Of a DNA stretch of 64,000 nucleotides, positions 32,290 to 41,740 are shown in pieces; the stretch's first letter is position 1; each line of letters opens with the position of its first letter. Source of the stretch: a virus; the IMG/VR virus record IMGVR_UViG_3300023178_000017, positions 41,280 through 105,279 of that record; one strand, given 5' to 3'. A program made the position numbers and the translations under genes. The notes beneath the pieces were generated by a model. The model made no database searches, was not told the DNA's origin, and saw only the letters and a list, made by a program, of their open reading frames with translations.

Positions 32290-33766
32290 CGTTTATTGGT
32301 CCTTCATAGTTATCAAGTGCTTGGATATCTTCTATTTTGTTTTTGTAACTTTCAGGAACTACCATTAGATTCATCATACCTCTATGTTGAGATGGTGTTA
32401 CATTATGTACTATTTTAGTAATTAGATATCTGTTGTCATTTAAAATATTCTTATCGCCAGACACTTTATGTTTAGGTAGAATTAGTGTTACAATCTGTCC
32501 TGCCATTATATCAGTTCTCATAGGTATAGTTACTGAAATGGCAAATTGAGATAAAAGATTCAACATAGCATTTCTTTCTAAAATTGCATTGTCTCTGAAT
32601 TCATTTCCAACTGGTTGTGTCTTTGCTGAATTTGTAGTATCGTCAATTAACTTAGCCTCGTCTGAGTATGCATTTGTAGGATTTACTCTATACTCGATGT
32701 GACCACCTGACAAATATGTTTGATGTAATGGATAGTCAACAAAGATTTCTTGCGCTTCAGCTGTATCACGTGAAACATCTGTACCTTCATGTGTTACTTC
32801 AAAATCGCCTGTACGTATCATTGCAAATCCTGAAAGATGAGAGTCTTTGTTTTTTTCAAAATTTTCTTTTAGATCAAAATAGTATTCAGCATCAAGTTTT
32901 CTGACAGGATCGTATGTTATTAATTTTGAAGAATATGCGCCGTCCTCTAAACCTCGAAATGTATTTCCGCTCTCTTGTGTATAAAAACTTAATATCTGAG
33001 TCGATAATCCTTCTGGACTTTCTGGTGCGTATTTTTCTTGGTCTATATCTGCGTTTCTAGGATAAAAAGTAAATGGTATCTCTTGTTCAAACTGACCATT
33101 TAACATCGAACCTAATGACATGAATTTAAAACCGCCATTTAGAGAACTGTATAAGAAACAACTATTTTTGTAAGGTCCTTTTATTTCAGGATCGGCATTG
33201 TCTACACAATAATTTATTGTTTTCATAATAGACCAATTTGTTGGAACTATTTGTTGTACACCTTTTGTTTTTTCCCACCATTCTATTTGATATTGTCTTG
33301 GTAGTTTTTCAAATTGAGCATCTTTGTTTAAAACCTTCAAAAGTATTTCAGACATTGAACCCCTCAACACTCTATTGATTCTAACTTTTCTACACGTAAA
33401 TAATTTTGGATCGACAAAATTTAATACATAAGTTTTAAGTTTTAAATCTACATCGTCTACATCTGATACGCTGAAAACTCTAAAAGTTCTGTAGATAGAG
33501 TTCTCTTCTGTTGTGAATCCATCATCTGATACAACCGTTTTAACACGGTATTTGATAGTTAAACTTTCTTGACCTGTAATTTTATAATCTTCTAAAATTC
33601 CTAAACCATCTGCAACTGAAACACGACCAGAGAGAAAAGGACTATCGATAGATTCAAAGATGGTAATATCAGTAACTAAATTTCTGATATCTACTGATTC
33701 TTGTTCTTGGTTGGTTAACATGACCATTTCGACAGTTAACTCACCTGGTAGGAAGTTTTGGCTCAT
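32282..33766 (-). CDS. Baseplate hub protein, gp27-like
   Basis: IFESIDSPFLSG..ITGQE N-terminus; lies between gp53 and gp5. Confidence 0.65.
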   Translation of the reverse strand: MSQNFLPGELTVEMVMLTNQEQESVDIRNLVTDITIFESIDSPFLSGRVSVADGLGILEDYKITGQESLTIKYRVKTVVSDDGFTTEENSIYRTFRVFSVSDVDDVDLKLKTYVLNFVDPKLFTCRKVRINRVLRGSMSEILLKVLNKDAQFEKLPRQYQIEWWEKTKGVQQIVPTNWSIMKTINYCVDNADPEIKGPYKNSCFLYSSLNGGFKFMSLGSMLNGQFEQEIPFTFYPRNADIDQEKYAPESPEGLSTQILSFYTQESGNTFRGLEDGAYSSKLITYDPVRKLDAEYYFDLKENFEKNKDSHLSGFAMIRTGDFEVTHEGTDVSRDTAEAQEIFVDYPLHQTYLSGGHIEYRVNPTNAYSDEAKLIDDTTNSAKTQPVGNEFRDNAILERNAMLNLLSQFAISVTIPMRTDIMAGQIVTLILPKHKVSGDKNILNDNRYLITKIVHNVTPSQHRGMMNLMVVPESYKNKIEDIQALDNYEGPINDD

Positions 33767-34491
33767 GATGACATTACTTGTTCAAATTTTTTGACTATTC
33801 CATTTATTAAACTTGGTTTTATAATTTTAATTGTTCTTTTTTCTTCGTTATGCTCATACTCGTGATCATAGTTACTTACAGCAACGTAATCAGTTGTTGG
33901 TACATTTGTTCTTGTACCATCAGCTTTTTTATAATAGCTTGGAGCATCTCTATGATCAATTACACTCTTTGGTGTAAAACTAGCACCAGATATTTTACCT
34001 GTTAGCGTTTCAGTTGTAGTGAATCCTTTTCCATCCACTACGATTTGTTTTTTCTCAGGCATTAAATGTATAATATTGCCTTTACCAGAAATACTGGTGA
34101 CATCTTCACCTAGTAAAAACTTGGTGACTGCGCCAGTAGCTGCATTACGTGATACTATATCTGTAGAACTATTGGCTGTTATAACTAGACCATTGTATTT
34201 TGTGTTTATATACTTTTCAAAAGTGGCGTTGTCTTTATGCCAGTCGTAATAGTTCTCAAAGTCATTGACCAAGAAAAATGTCCAATGCAAGTCGCCACTG
34301 CCATACAGTTTAGTAGCTAAAATATCTGGTCTCTCACCATCAACTATTTCATATTTTGTATATTCAACAATTGCGTTGACTGCTTCTTGTTCTATTTTAC
34401 TTTTTCTAAAAAAGTCTTTTATACGAACAACCTTACCTGAGTCTAAGGTTACTTTGATTTCGGGAAAATTTTTAAAGAATTGTTTTGCCAT
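33763..34491 (-). CDS. gp53: Baseplate wedge gp53
   Basis: Y.I.DGERPD.LA..LYG...LHW LysM-like motif; C-terminal NEEKRTIKII. Confidence 0.9.
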   Translation of the reverse strand: MAKQFFKNFPEIKVTLDSGKVVRIKDFFRKSKIEQEAVNAIVEYTKYEIVDGERPDILATKLYGSGDLHWTFFLVNDFENYYDWHKDNATFEKYINTKYNGLVITANSSTDIVSRNAATGAVTKFLLGEDVTSISGKGNIIHLMPEKKQIVVDGKGFTTTETLTGKISGASFTPKSVIDHRDAPSYYKKADGTRTNVPTTDYVAVSNYDHEYEHNEEKRTIKIIKPSLINGIVKKFEQVMSS

Positions 34492-34496
34492 AATTA

Positions 34497-35621
34497 TTAT
34501 CCGTTAGGGTCTGGTGCAAGGTCTGTCTCTGTATCTCTTATAGAATCTTTTAGTAGTCGGCCGCCACCGCCTGCTCTAACTACATTGTAATTCTGTTGAT
34601 GTAAAATTCTAATTTCTTGAAACTGAAGTGTTAAAGTGGTTTTGATTGGCATACCGTCTTCATATGCAGAAAACTTTTGACCGCCAGTATGATCTACCTG
34701 TGCGTTTGTACAAACTGATGGTAAAAATCCGTCAATTTGATCGCCAAGAGGACCACTAAAACTTATATCAAACACATTAGGATAATTAAAGAAATTTCCT
34801 TCTTCATCAACATTTAGACCTGCTTTTTTTGCATCTTCCTGTTCTTTATCACCAGCAAAGAGTTTTCCTGTTGTTACAGCTGGTAACATTGCATATCTAA
34901 ACGTTGTAATAATTTCTTTTACTTGACTTGCTTCTTCTTCTGATCTTGGTAAGAAGTCAAATGTAAAATCCCATGTTCTAAAACCTAGACCTTGTAGTAA
35001 CAATTCTTTTTGAGGATTTGATGCTCGACCTTGTTTTAAATTTGTAAGTCCACCTGACAACTCATTCAACATATTGATGGCAAACTCTTTACCTACTTTC
35101 ATACCTTGATCTTTCATAGTACCTAAAAGGTCGCCTGAACCAAAGGCGTCTGCTATTTTAGAAATTGCTCTTTGAAATGTTCCTATGCCTTCTTCTGAGT
35201 ACTGTACAGCTGCTTGTGAAATTAAAGTATCTGGTATATACAAAGCAATTTCATCTGGCATTGTAAACTTAGTTTCTTCATCACCAATATTAACTCTTGT
35301 ATCGGCACCATCTTGTCTTGGTCTAATATCAAAGACTAAGTAGTTAGCTAACTCATCATGATAAGGATAGACCAAACCTTTCTCCGCCATTTTAGGTGCT
35401 TGTTTAGCGTCTGTATTGGCTAATGCAACTCCAGACAAAGATTTTTCAAGACTTGTTCTTCTTTTATTGATTCTGTTTTCTGCTTCTTCAACTTGATCTG
35501 CTAATTGATCAATAGCAGTGTTATAGTTGATAGCTTGTATTTTAGCTGCTACCCCTTTTAAAGAGTTTATTGAACCTTGAATCTTATTGAATTTTTTGAT
35601 GAGTTTATCGATATATGCCAT
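34497..35621 (-). CDS. gp48: Baseplate tail tube cap gp48
   Basis: IALYIP, NP..ELL.QG..FR.WDFTF.F.PRS..EA..V..II..FR, LTLQFQE. Confidence 0.85.
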   Translation of the reverse strand: MAYIDKLIKKFNKIQGSINSLKGVAAKIQAINYNTAIDQLADQVEEAENRINKRRTSLEKSLSGVALANTDAKQAPKMAEKGLVYPYHDELANYLVFDIRPRQDGADTRVNIGDEETKFTMPDEIALYIPDTLISQAAVQYSEEGIGTFQRAISKIADAFGSGDLLGTMKDQGMKVGKEFAINMLNELSGGLTNLKQGRASNPQKELLLQGLGFRTWDFTFDFLPRSEEEASQVKEIITTFRYAMLPAVTTGKLFAGDKEQEDAKKAGLNVDEEGNFFNYPNVFDISFSGPLGDQIDGFLPSVCTNAQVDHTGGQKFSAYEDGMPIKTTLTLQFQEIRILHQQNYNVVRAGGGGRLLKDSIRDTETDLAPDPNG

Positions 35622-35625
35622 GTGT

Positions 35626-35633
35626 TATAAATA
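35626..35633 (+). promoter_or_regulatory. T4-type late promoter (divergent gp48/gp4 junction)
   Basis: TATAAATA on + upstream of gp4; CATAAATA on - at 35652-35659 facing gp48. Confidence 0.7.
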
Positions 35634-35656
35634 CCTTGAAAGTCTTTTAGTTATTT

Positions 35657-36109
35657 ATGTCAAAAAAACCATATAGTGGAAGGTTTAAACCCAAGAACTA
35701 TAAAAAATATAAGGGTGATCCAACAAGGATATTTTATCGATCTCTATTAGAGAGACGATTCATGGTCTATTGTGATAACAATGAAAGTATCATTGAATGG
35801 GGTAGTGAAGAACTTATCATACCTTATAGATCACCTTTAGACAAAAGAGTACATAGATATTTTCCAGACTTTTATATTAAGTATGTGAATAAACATGGTC
35901 AAGTGATAAGAGAAATCATAGAAGTTAAACCGCACAAACAATTGTTTCCACCAAAAGAACCTACTAGACGTACTAAACGATATTTAACAGAAGTAAACAC
36001 ATACATAATAAATCAGGCGAAATTTAAAGCAGCTCAAGAATACTGCGATGACAGAAAGTTGAATTTCAGAATACTAACAGAAAGGGAGATTTTACCTAAA
36101 AACAAATGA
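35657..36109 (+). CDS. gp4: Head completion nuclease gp4
   Basis: YSGRFKPKNYKKYKGDPT, W.SEE..IPY.SP.D...HRYFPDF, EVKP. Confidence 0.93.
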   Translation: MSKKPYSGRFKPKNYKKYKGDPTRIFYRSLLERRFMVYCDNNESIIEWGSEELIIPYRSPLDKRVHRYFPDFYIKYVNKHGQVIREIIEVKPHKQLFPPKEPTRRTKRYLTEVNTYIINQAKFKAAQEYCDDRKLNFRILTEREILPKNK

Positions 36110-36708
36110 AGAAGCTTTACGTTTTTGATTTAGACGGCGTCTTAATCGATTCTCTACCAAATATGAAACTATCGTGGGGTATTGTACAATTAAACCACAG
36201 AATAGAAATTCAATTCGAAGAATATGCCAAACATATTGGTAAACCATTTAATGATATACTAGAAGAAATTGGTATACACCATGATCACGTTAGTATTAAA
36301 AAGACTTACGATGAAATGTCTAACACTATGTTAGATAAAATAGAAATATATCCAAAAACATTCGAAGTATTAGAAGAACTAAAAAACAGAGGTTGTAAGA
36401 TTGCAATCTGCACATCTAAAGATGGCGTTAGAGCAAAAACAGTATTAGAGTCATTAGGATTTCCTGAGTTTGACTTTATCTGTTCACCTAAAAAAGGCCT
36501 CAGAGGAAAACCTTCTCCTGATCAACTACTAAATACTATTGCATTTTGTAATATCGATCCCAAAGATACAGTTTACATCGGCGATATGCAAAGTGATTGC
36601 GAATGTGCTCAGAGAGCAGGCGTAGATTTTATACATGCAAATTATGGATATGGACAAGTGAAATGCGAAGTCTCAGTGAACCAAATAGAACAACTCCTCT
36701 CACTGTAG
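36106..36708 (+). CDS. HAD-family phosphatase (Gph-like)
   Basis: Motif I FDLDGVLIDS, TSK, KPSPD, YIGD...D. Confidence 0.9.
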   Translation: MKKLYVFDLDGVLIDSLPNMKLSWGIVQLNHRIEIQFEEYAKHIGKPFNDILEEIGIHHDHVSIKKTYDEMSNTMLDKIEIYPKTFEVLEELKNRGCKIAICTSKDGVRAKTVLESLGFPEFDFICSPKKGLRGKPSPDQLLNTIAFCNIDPKDTVYIGDMQSDCECAQRAGVDFIHANYGYGQVKCEVSVNQIEQLLSL

Positions 36709-37415
36709 GGTTTATACCTGCAAGGTGGCACTCGACTCGTTTTGAGGGTAAACCTCTAGCACTCATCAATGGCGTACCAATGATTCAAAGAGTCTTTGAT
36801 CGGGCTTGCATGTCAAAAAGACTTGACACTATTGTTGTACTAACAGACGATGAACGTATTAGTCAATACTGTTCAATCAAAGGTATTCGTTGTATCGTTG
36901 TTAATGAAGAATGCAAGACTGGTACAGACAGGTGTTCAAAAGTCTTAGAGTTAGTAGACGGTACACATTTTGTAAATATACAAGGTGATGAACCTTTGAT
37001 CAATCCAGATGCGATTGATAAATTAATAGACTCACACGATGACAATATTGGAGTAACAAATGCTTATGTCGAAGTTAAAGATGATTACAAACTTCACGAT
37101 AGAAACGTTGTTAAGACTGTTCTTGGTCTTAATGATACTGCCATTTATTACTCTCGCTATGGTATACCGTTTACTCAAAAAGTAGAAGTGCCATTCAATC
37201 AACAACTAGGACTGTATATGTTCAGTAGAGAAAAATTGGAAATGTTTCCAAAATTGAAAGTTGGTCCATTAGAAAGTGCTGAATCTGTAGAGATGTTAAG
37301 ATTCTTAGAAAATGGTTATGATGTAAAAATGGTCAAAGTCGATGATGAGGGTTTATCAGTAGACACACCAGAAGATTTAACAAGAGTGGAGAAATTTATA
37401 AATGCGTTTAATTGA
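36663..37415 (+). CDS. kdsB: CMP-Kdo synthetase-like cytidylyltransferase
   Basis: IPAR..STRF.GKPL, TGTDR, VNIQGDEP, LE..E.VE.LRFLENG, VDTPEDL. Start uncertain; the track gives 36597. Confidence 0.88.
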   Translation: MRSLSEPNRTTPLTVGFIPARWHSTRFEGKPLALINGVPMIQRVFDRACMSKRLDTIVVLTDDERISQYCSIKGIRCIVVNEECKTGTDRCSKVLELVDGTHFVNIQGDEPLINPDAIDKLIDSHDDNIGVTNAYVEVKDDYKLHDRNVVKTVLGLNDTAIYYSRYGIPFTQKVEVPFNQQLGLYMFSREKLEMFPKLKVGPLESAESVEMLRFLENGYDVKMVKVDDEGLSVDTPEDLTRVEKFINAFN

Positions 37416-38271
37416 TGATGTAGTAGAAACAGGTATTAGCAAACACGAGAAGTTTAAACACTTCTTTTTAGCTAACGATGATCAACAAGGAACTATTCTT
37501 AATGAAATGAAAGAATGTTTCGAATGGATTTGTGAAAACAGACGTAAACCATATCTAACAACTTATGGTGAACTTAAAGATAAACATCTGGTTGGTGCAG
37601 GTAATTATAACTACAGTCATTTAGTAGACTACGCTACTTATCTAATTAAGGGTATCGTATCAGACGTACCTAATTTAACAAAAGAAAACGGTCACTTGTT
37701 AGAAGGAGAATTCTACAATCACTTCTATCATGCTTGTAAGATATCTTGGTTGATCAGCCAAGAACGAACAGTAGGTCTTTACTCAACATTACAAAGTAAA
37801 ATGACAAAAGAAAACCAAATCTTTTTCCATCCAGGTATGTCACGTGTTCATGCTTATTTACAAATGGAAGCATTAGACAAAAAGGTCATCGTTTGGGACA
37901 ATTACAACAAATTTGATACTGAACCTTTATCATTCGATCAATGGATGGATGTGTTCTCTAATACGCAACGTGATAAGTTTGGTGCAAATGTTGATGGTGA
38001 AATTTTAGAAATGCATGTAGGCGAAGAAAGAAGCGATCTTATCGCAACGATGTCATCGATGAGAGATATGTACAAAAGAGAGTTGCCTGTTTTGAAAGGC
38101 AAGTGTGATGATGAAATAACAGAATACTTTAGAACAGAAGGAGAAGGCGTAACCGTAGAAACGAAGAACGATTACGTATTTCAGAAGCAAGATTTGAGAT
38201 ACTTCTTAGAGTTATTTCCAGCAACACAACATATCGTAGAACATGAGTCGTTTACCATCAGAAGAGATTAG
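37402..38271 (+). CDS. Hypothetical protein with ParB/Srx-like motif (paralog 1)
   Basis: ISQERTVGLYSTLQ...IFFHPGMSRVHA resembles ParB box I/II; clear paralog of the next gene. Confidence 0.6.
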   Translation: MRLIDDVVETGISKHEKFKHFFLANDDQQGTILNEMKECFEWICENRRKPYLTTYGELKDKHLVGAGNYNYSHLVDYATYLIKGIVSDVPNLTKENGHLLEGEFYNHFYHACKISWLISQERTVGLYSTLQSKMTKENQIFFHPGMSRVHAYLQMEALDKKVIVWDNYNKFDTEPLSFDQWMDVFSNTQRDKFGANVDGEILEMHVGEERSDLIATMSSMRDMYKRELPVLKGKCDDEITEYFRTEGEGVTVETKNDYVFQKQDLRYFLELFPATQHIVEHESFTIRRD

Positions 38272-39085
38272 AACTGACTATCATATTCATGATGTCGACC
38301 TAGAAGAAGCATTTTACAATTGTATCAGTGTACCAAGACTCTGTACTTATAGAGATTTAAGTGATTGGGGATTTGGTATAAGAGATTACACTGATCATAA
38401 TCTATGTTTATTTGTCGAAGCACTTCTACGAGACATAGAAAACGAATGGGAACCTGGCGATCTCATATCCGCAAAACAAAATCAGACCAAAGCATTTCAC
38501 GCACTTAAGATCGGTTATCTAATTAACGAAATAAAGACAACTGGACTCTATTCGCCTATTCAAGGGTTGTACAAACGGCCTTTTACGCACTTCAAAGCAC
38601 CTAAGTTGCCATCAACACAAGGAATTTACATACATCCAGGAACTGCTCGAGTATATGCAATCCGGCAGACACGTAAGTTTGACGAACCTGTGATCATTTG
38701 GGATAATACAGGTGAATTTTCACGTTTTAAAGAGTTAAATTTCAATGAATGGTTGAGTATGTTTAAAACGGAAAGTCTAGCAAGAAATATTTCTAATATT
38801 ATCATCGAAATGCACGCTGATGAGTCAATTAGGGGTATTTTAGACACTTCCAAAGAAATTCGAGACTCCTATTTGCGTTCCAAGCCGATCCTTAGGGGTG
38901 ACGTGAGATATAACATTCGTGAATTATTCGACCTCTCAGGCGAGACAGGAGGCGTTGTAGTCGAAACAAAGGGTACATACGTCTTTAGTTTTGAAGATTT
39001 ACGTTACTTTTTAGAATTACACCCCCAAAACAATAGAATAATAGACACGGAAAATTTTACGATCAGCATAAATAATAGCAAATGA
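38243..39085 (+). CDS. Hypothetical protein with ParB/Srx-like motif (paralog 2)
   Basis: INEIKTTGLYSPIQ...IYIHPGTARVYA; shares WDN, EMH and VETK.YVF..DLRYFLEL.P with paralog 1. Confidence 0.6.
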   Translation: MSRLPSEEIRTDYHIHDVDLEEAFYNCISVPRLCTYRDLSDWGFGIRDYTDHNLCLFVEALLRDIENEWEPGDLISAKQNQTKAFHALKIGYLINEIKTTGLYSPIQGLYKRPFTHFKAPKLPSTQGIYIHPGTARVYAIRQTRKFDEPVIIWDNTGEFSRFKELNFNEWLSMFKTESLARNISNIIIEMHADESIRGILDTSKEIRDSYLRSKPILRGDVRYNIRELFDLSGETGGVVVETKGTYVFSFEDLRYFLELHPQNNRIIDTENFTISINNSK

Positions 39086-39678
39086 GTCTATTAAAGAGAT
39101 TAGCTGAAGAAACACCTAGCGGATTGCGAAGACGATCAGCTGATGCCATGAAATGGCTGACGAAACGAATTCGAAGACTAAAAATATCCTCAGATAGATT
39201 CTATACGAACACACGTCAAGGGACACAAAAAACTGCTAGACTTCTTGACGGTAGAATGTACTGTTTCTTTTACATAGCAAAGTATGAAGAAGTATTGCCT
39301 TACTATGATACTTTTCCATGCGTATTGATGATAGAGATGAACTATGCAAATAAGACTTTTCTAGGTTTAAACTTGCATTACATACCACCTCGTTATCGTG
39401 CTAGATTGTTAGATGAATTATTCAAGTATACTAACAATCAAAACTACGATGAAACAACTCGTATACGTATGACTTATAAAATATTAAGTAGCGTCACACG
39501 TATGAAATATTTCAAACCTTGTTTAAAGAAATATAGGATGGACCATATTCAAGGCACAGCAATGGAAATTCTGCCTGAATATTGGGACATAGTTGCAATG
39601 TTACCACTTGCACAATTCGAAAAAGATACAGTCACAAAAGTTTATGCAGACAGTTTAAAGGTATTAACATCATCATAG
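39082..39678 (+). CDS. gp2: DNA end protector gp2
   Basis: GRMY.FFY.AK....LPYYD.FP, GLNLHY.PP..R..LL; CATAAATA late promoter at 39067-39074. Confidence 0.88.
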   Translation: MSLLKRLAEETPSGLRRRSADAMKWLTKRIRRLKISSDRFYTNTRQGTQKTARLLDGRMYCFFYIAKYEEVLPYYDTFPCVLMIEMNYANKTFLGLNLHYIPPRYRARLLDELFKYTNNQNYDETTRIRMTYKILSSVTRMKYFKPCLKKYRMDHIQGTAMEILPEYWDIVAMLPLAQFEKDTVTKVYADSLKVLTSS

Positions 39679-39686
39679 GATAAAAA

Positions 39687-40433
39687 ATGGCAGAAGATTA
39701 CAATGTAGACAAATACGGAGAAACCGTAACTACAGCTAAGAAACGAAGAAAACAAAGAGAAGAATTAAACATAGATCGTCTTAGATTTAATTTTGATCAA
39801 GGTGCTAGATCAAATAGATTTCTTGTAAATCTATTTTTACCTGAAAAATTATCAGGTTTTAAGTTCGAAGGTATTAGATGTATCAGCGCCACATTGCCTG
39901 GTAGAACATTAGAAACAACAGAGTTTTCAGAATATGGCGCAACAAGAAAGATGCCATTTCAAACACAACATGACGAAGCTACATTTACATTTTTATGTGA
40001 CTCAACGTTTGCAGATAGATTTATAATAGATGCTTGGCAATCCATAGTCTACACAGGTTCAGAAAGTACAGGCAATTCTGCAATGCCTATTTTCTCTTAC
40101 TATAATGATTATGTTGGCCAAGTAGAAATTACACAATTAACAAGAAAAGGAGATAGTGCTTTAAAATATACATTGTACGAAGCATATCCCGTAGCATTTG
40201 CAGCTCAAGAATTATCTTGGGAATCTACAGATGAAATTATGAAATTTGAATGCACTATTGCTTACAGAACGTTTGATGTTTCATATGAAAAACCGTCAAA
40301 CGTTAGCGGTCTAAATAGAGGAATAAGAGGCATTAGTGCTTTAAGAGATTTACTCGGAGTTTTTGGTAATAAGAGTAAGACTTTAAATAGATTTGAAAAT
40401 AGACTGAGAGACTTAAGTGGTCTCTTTGGTTAA
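39687..40433 (+). CDS. Tail tube initiator, gp54/gp19-like
   Basis: ARSNRF.V, C..ATLPG, Y.LYEAYP, LSW...D..MKF..T.AYR tail-tube fold motifs. Confidence 0.75.
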   Translation: MAEDYNVDKYGETVTTAKKRRKQREELNIDRLRFNFDQGARSNRFLVNLFLPEKLSGFKFEGIRCISATLPGRTLETTEFSEYGATRKMPFQTQHDEATFTFLCDSTFADRFIIDAWQSIVYTGSESTGNSAMPIFSYYNDYVGQVEITQLTRKGDSALKYTLYEAYPVAFAAQELSWESTDEIMKFECTIAYRTFDVSYEKPSNVSGLNRGIRGISALRDLLGVFGNKSKTLNRFENRLRDLSGLFG

Positions 40434-40447
40434 TTAGGAGATAAATT

Positions 40448-41155
40448 ATGGAATTACCAATACAGGCGGCGCCTAAGTTTACGACTACACTGCCTATTAG
40501 TCAACAAGAAGTGACTTACAGACCATTTCTTGTTAAAGAACAAAGAAATTTGTTATTGGCAAAAGAAAGTGATAGTCAAAAAGAAATATTTAAGGCGCTA
40601 GAAGGAATAGTTACATCTGTTTCAGACGGTTCTGTTGATGTCAAAGAGTTAACAACAACAGATATAGAATATTTGTTTTTACAAATAAGAACAAAGTCTA
40701 TCGGTGAAACGGCTAGTGTAACATTCAATTGTGTAGAAGATGAATGCGATGGCGAGATACCATCAAAGTTAAATCTTTTAGACGTAGAAGTTGTAGGCAA
40801 CTACAAGGCAGAAGATAGAGTTCAACTCACAGAAGAATTGTTTGTTGATTTAAAATATCCATCTGCCCAGCAGTTAATCGACATCACTGATACAAAAGAT
40901 GAAGAACTGCAAAACAAAAAAATGATGAGGATGTCCATGAGACGAATTATCGACAGCGAGAATGTTTATGAATTAGATGAATATCCTGATTCAGAAATAG
41001 ACAAGTTTGTAGATAGTTTAACTGTAGACCAATTTAGTAAAATTACTAAATTCTATGAAGACATTCCAACATTGTCGCTTACAACAAAAACTGTCTGCCC
41101 TAAATGTAAGGATGAAAGAGTTAGACAGATTAAAGGCTTACAGAATTTTTTTTAG
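40448..41155 (+). CDS. gp26: Baseplate hub assembly protein gp26
   Basis: LP, YRPFLVKEQ..LL.A.E, DIEYLFLQIR.KS.GE, C..C, ends GLQNFF. Confidence 0.88.
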   Translation: MELPIQAAPKFTTTLPISQQEVTYRPFLVKEQRNLLLAKESDSQKEIFKALEGIVTSVSDGSVDVKELTTTDIEYLFLQIRTKSIGETASVTFNCVEDECDGEIPSKLNLLDVEVVGNYKAEDRVQLTEELFVDLKYPSAQQLIDITDTKDEELQNKKMMRMSMRRIIDSENVYELDEYPDSEIDKFVDSLTVDQFSKITKFYEDIPTLSLTTKTVCPKCKDERVRQIKGLQNFF

Positions 41156-41352
41156 TAGCCCTTTCACATGATAACTTTATAAGTTATTATAAAACAAACT
41201 TTACTTTGATGCAGTATCATAAGTACAGTTTAACAGAACTTGAGAATATGATTCCATGGGAAAGGGAAATTTACCTAAATCTTCTGAAAGAACACATTGA
41301 AAAAGAAAACGAGAGAATGAGACAGGCGAATAGTAAACGTAAAAGGAATTAA
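41152..41352 (+). CDS. gp51: gp51-like baseplate hub assembly catalyst (probably a -1 frameshift extension of gp26; first ATG at 41209)
   Basis: Hand translation LVALSHDNFISYYKTNFTLMQYHKYSLTELENMIPWEREIY...; absent from the ORF track. Confidence 0.8.
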   Translation, partial: LVALSHDNFISYYKTNFTLMQYHKYSLTELENMIPWEREIYLNLLKEHIEKENERMRQANSKRKRN

Positions 41353-41353
41353 A

Positions 41354-41737
41354 ATGAGCGAAGTAGACAACAGAAACGAAGTCAACATTGATCTCGAAAA
41401 GTATACTGATCTAATGTTAAAGTTAGATGATGCTAACGACAAGATCAAAGAAATGGAAGAGATAACCAAAGACCTCAAAAAGGCAGCTATCGAAGCAAAG
41501 CCTAAAGAGAAGTTTTCACTTGGTGCTCTTTTCATGGATGACAATGCAATTAACGAAAAATCAATTATAGGTTTCATATCATTTGCAATGATGGTTGCTT
41601 TTGGTATTGTTGACCTAATCACAGGTCTTAATGGCGTAGACTTAGTAATATCAGACACAATCTACACATCATTTGTTGTGGTAACATTAGGGTCATTTGG
41701 TATTGCAGAAGCTGGTAAAGCATTCGGGAAGCAATAA
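41354..41737 (+). CDS. Membrane protein (coiled coil + 2 TM segments)
   Basis: Hydrophobic segments IIGFISFAMMVAFGIV and IYTSFVVVTLGSFGI. Confidence 0.7.
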   Translation: MSEVDNRNEVNIDLEKYTDLMLKLDDANDKIKEMEEITKDLKKAAIEAKPKEKFSLGALFMDDNAINEKSIIGFISFAMMVAFGIVDLITGLNGVDLVISDTIYTSFVVVTLGSFGIAEAGKAFGKQ

Positions 41738-41740
41738 TAA

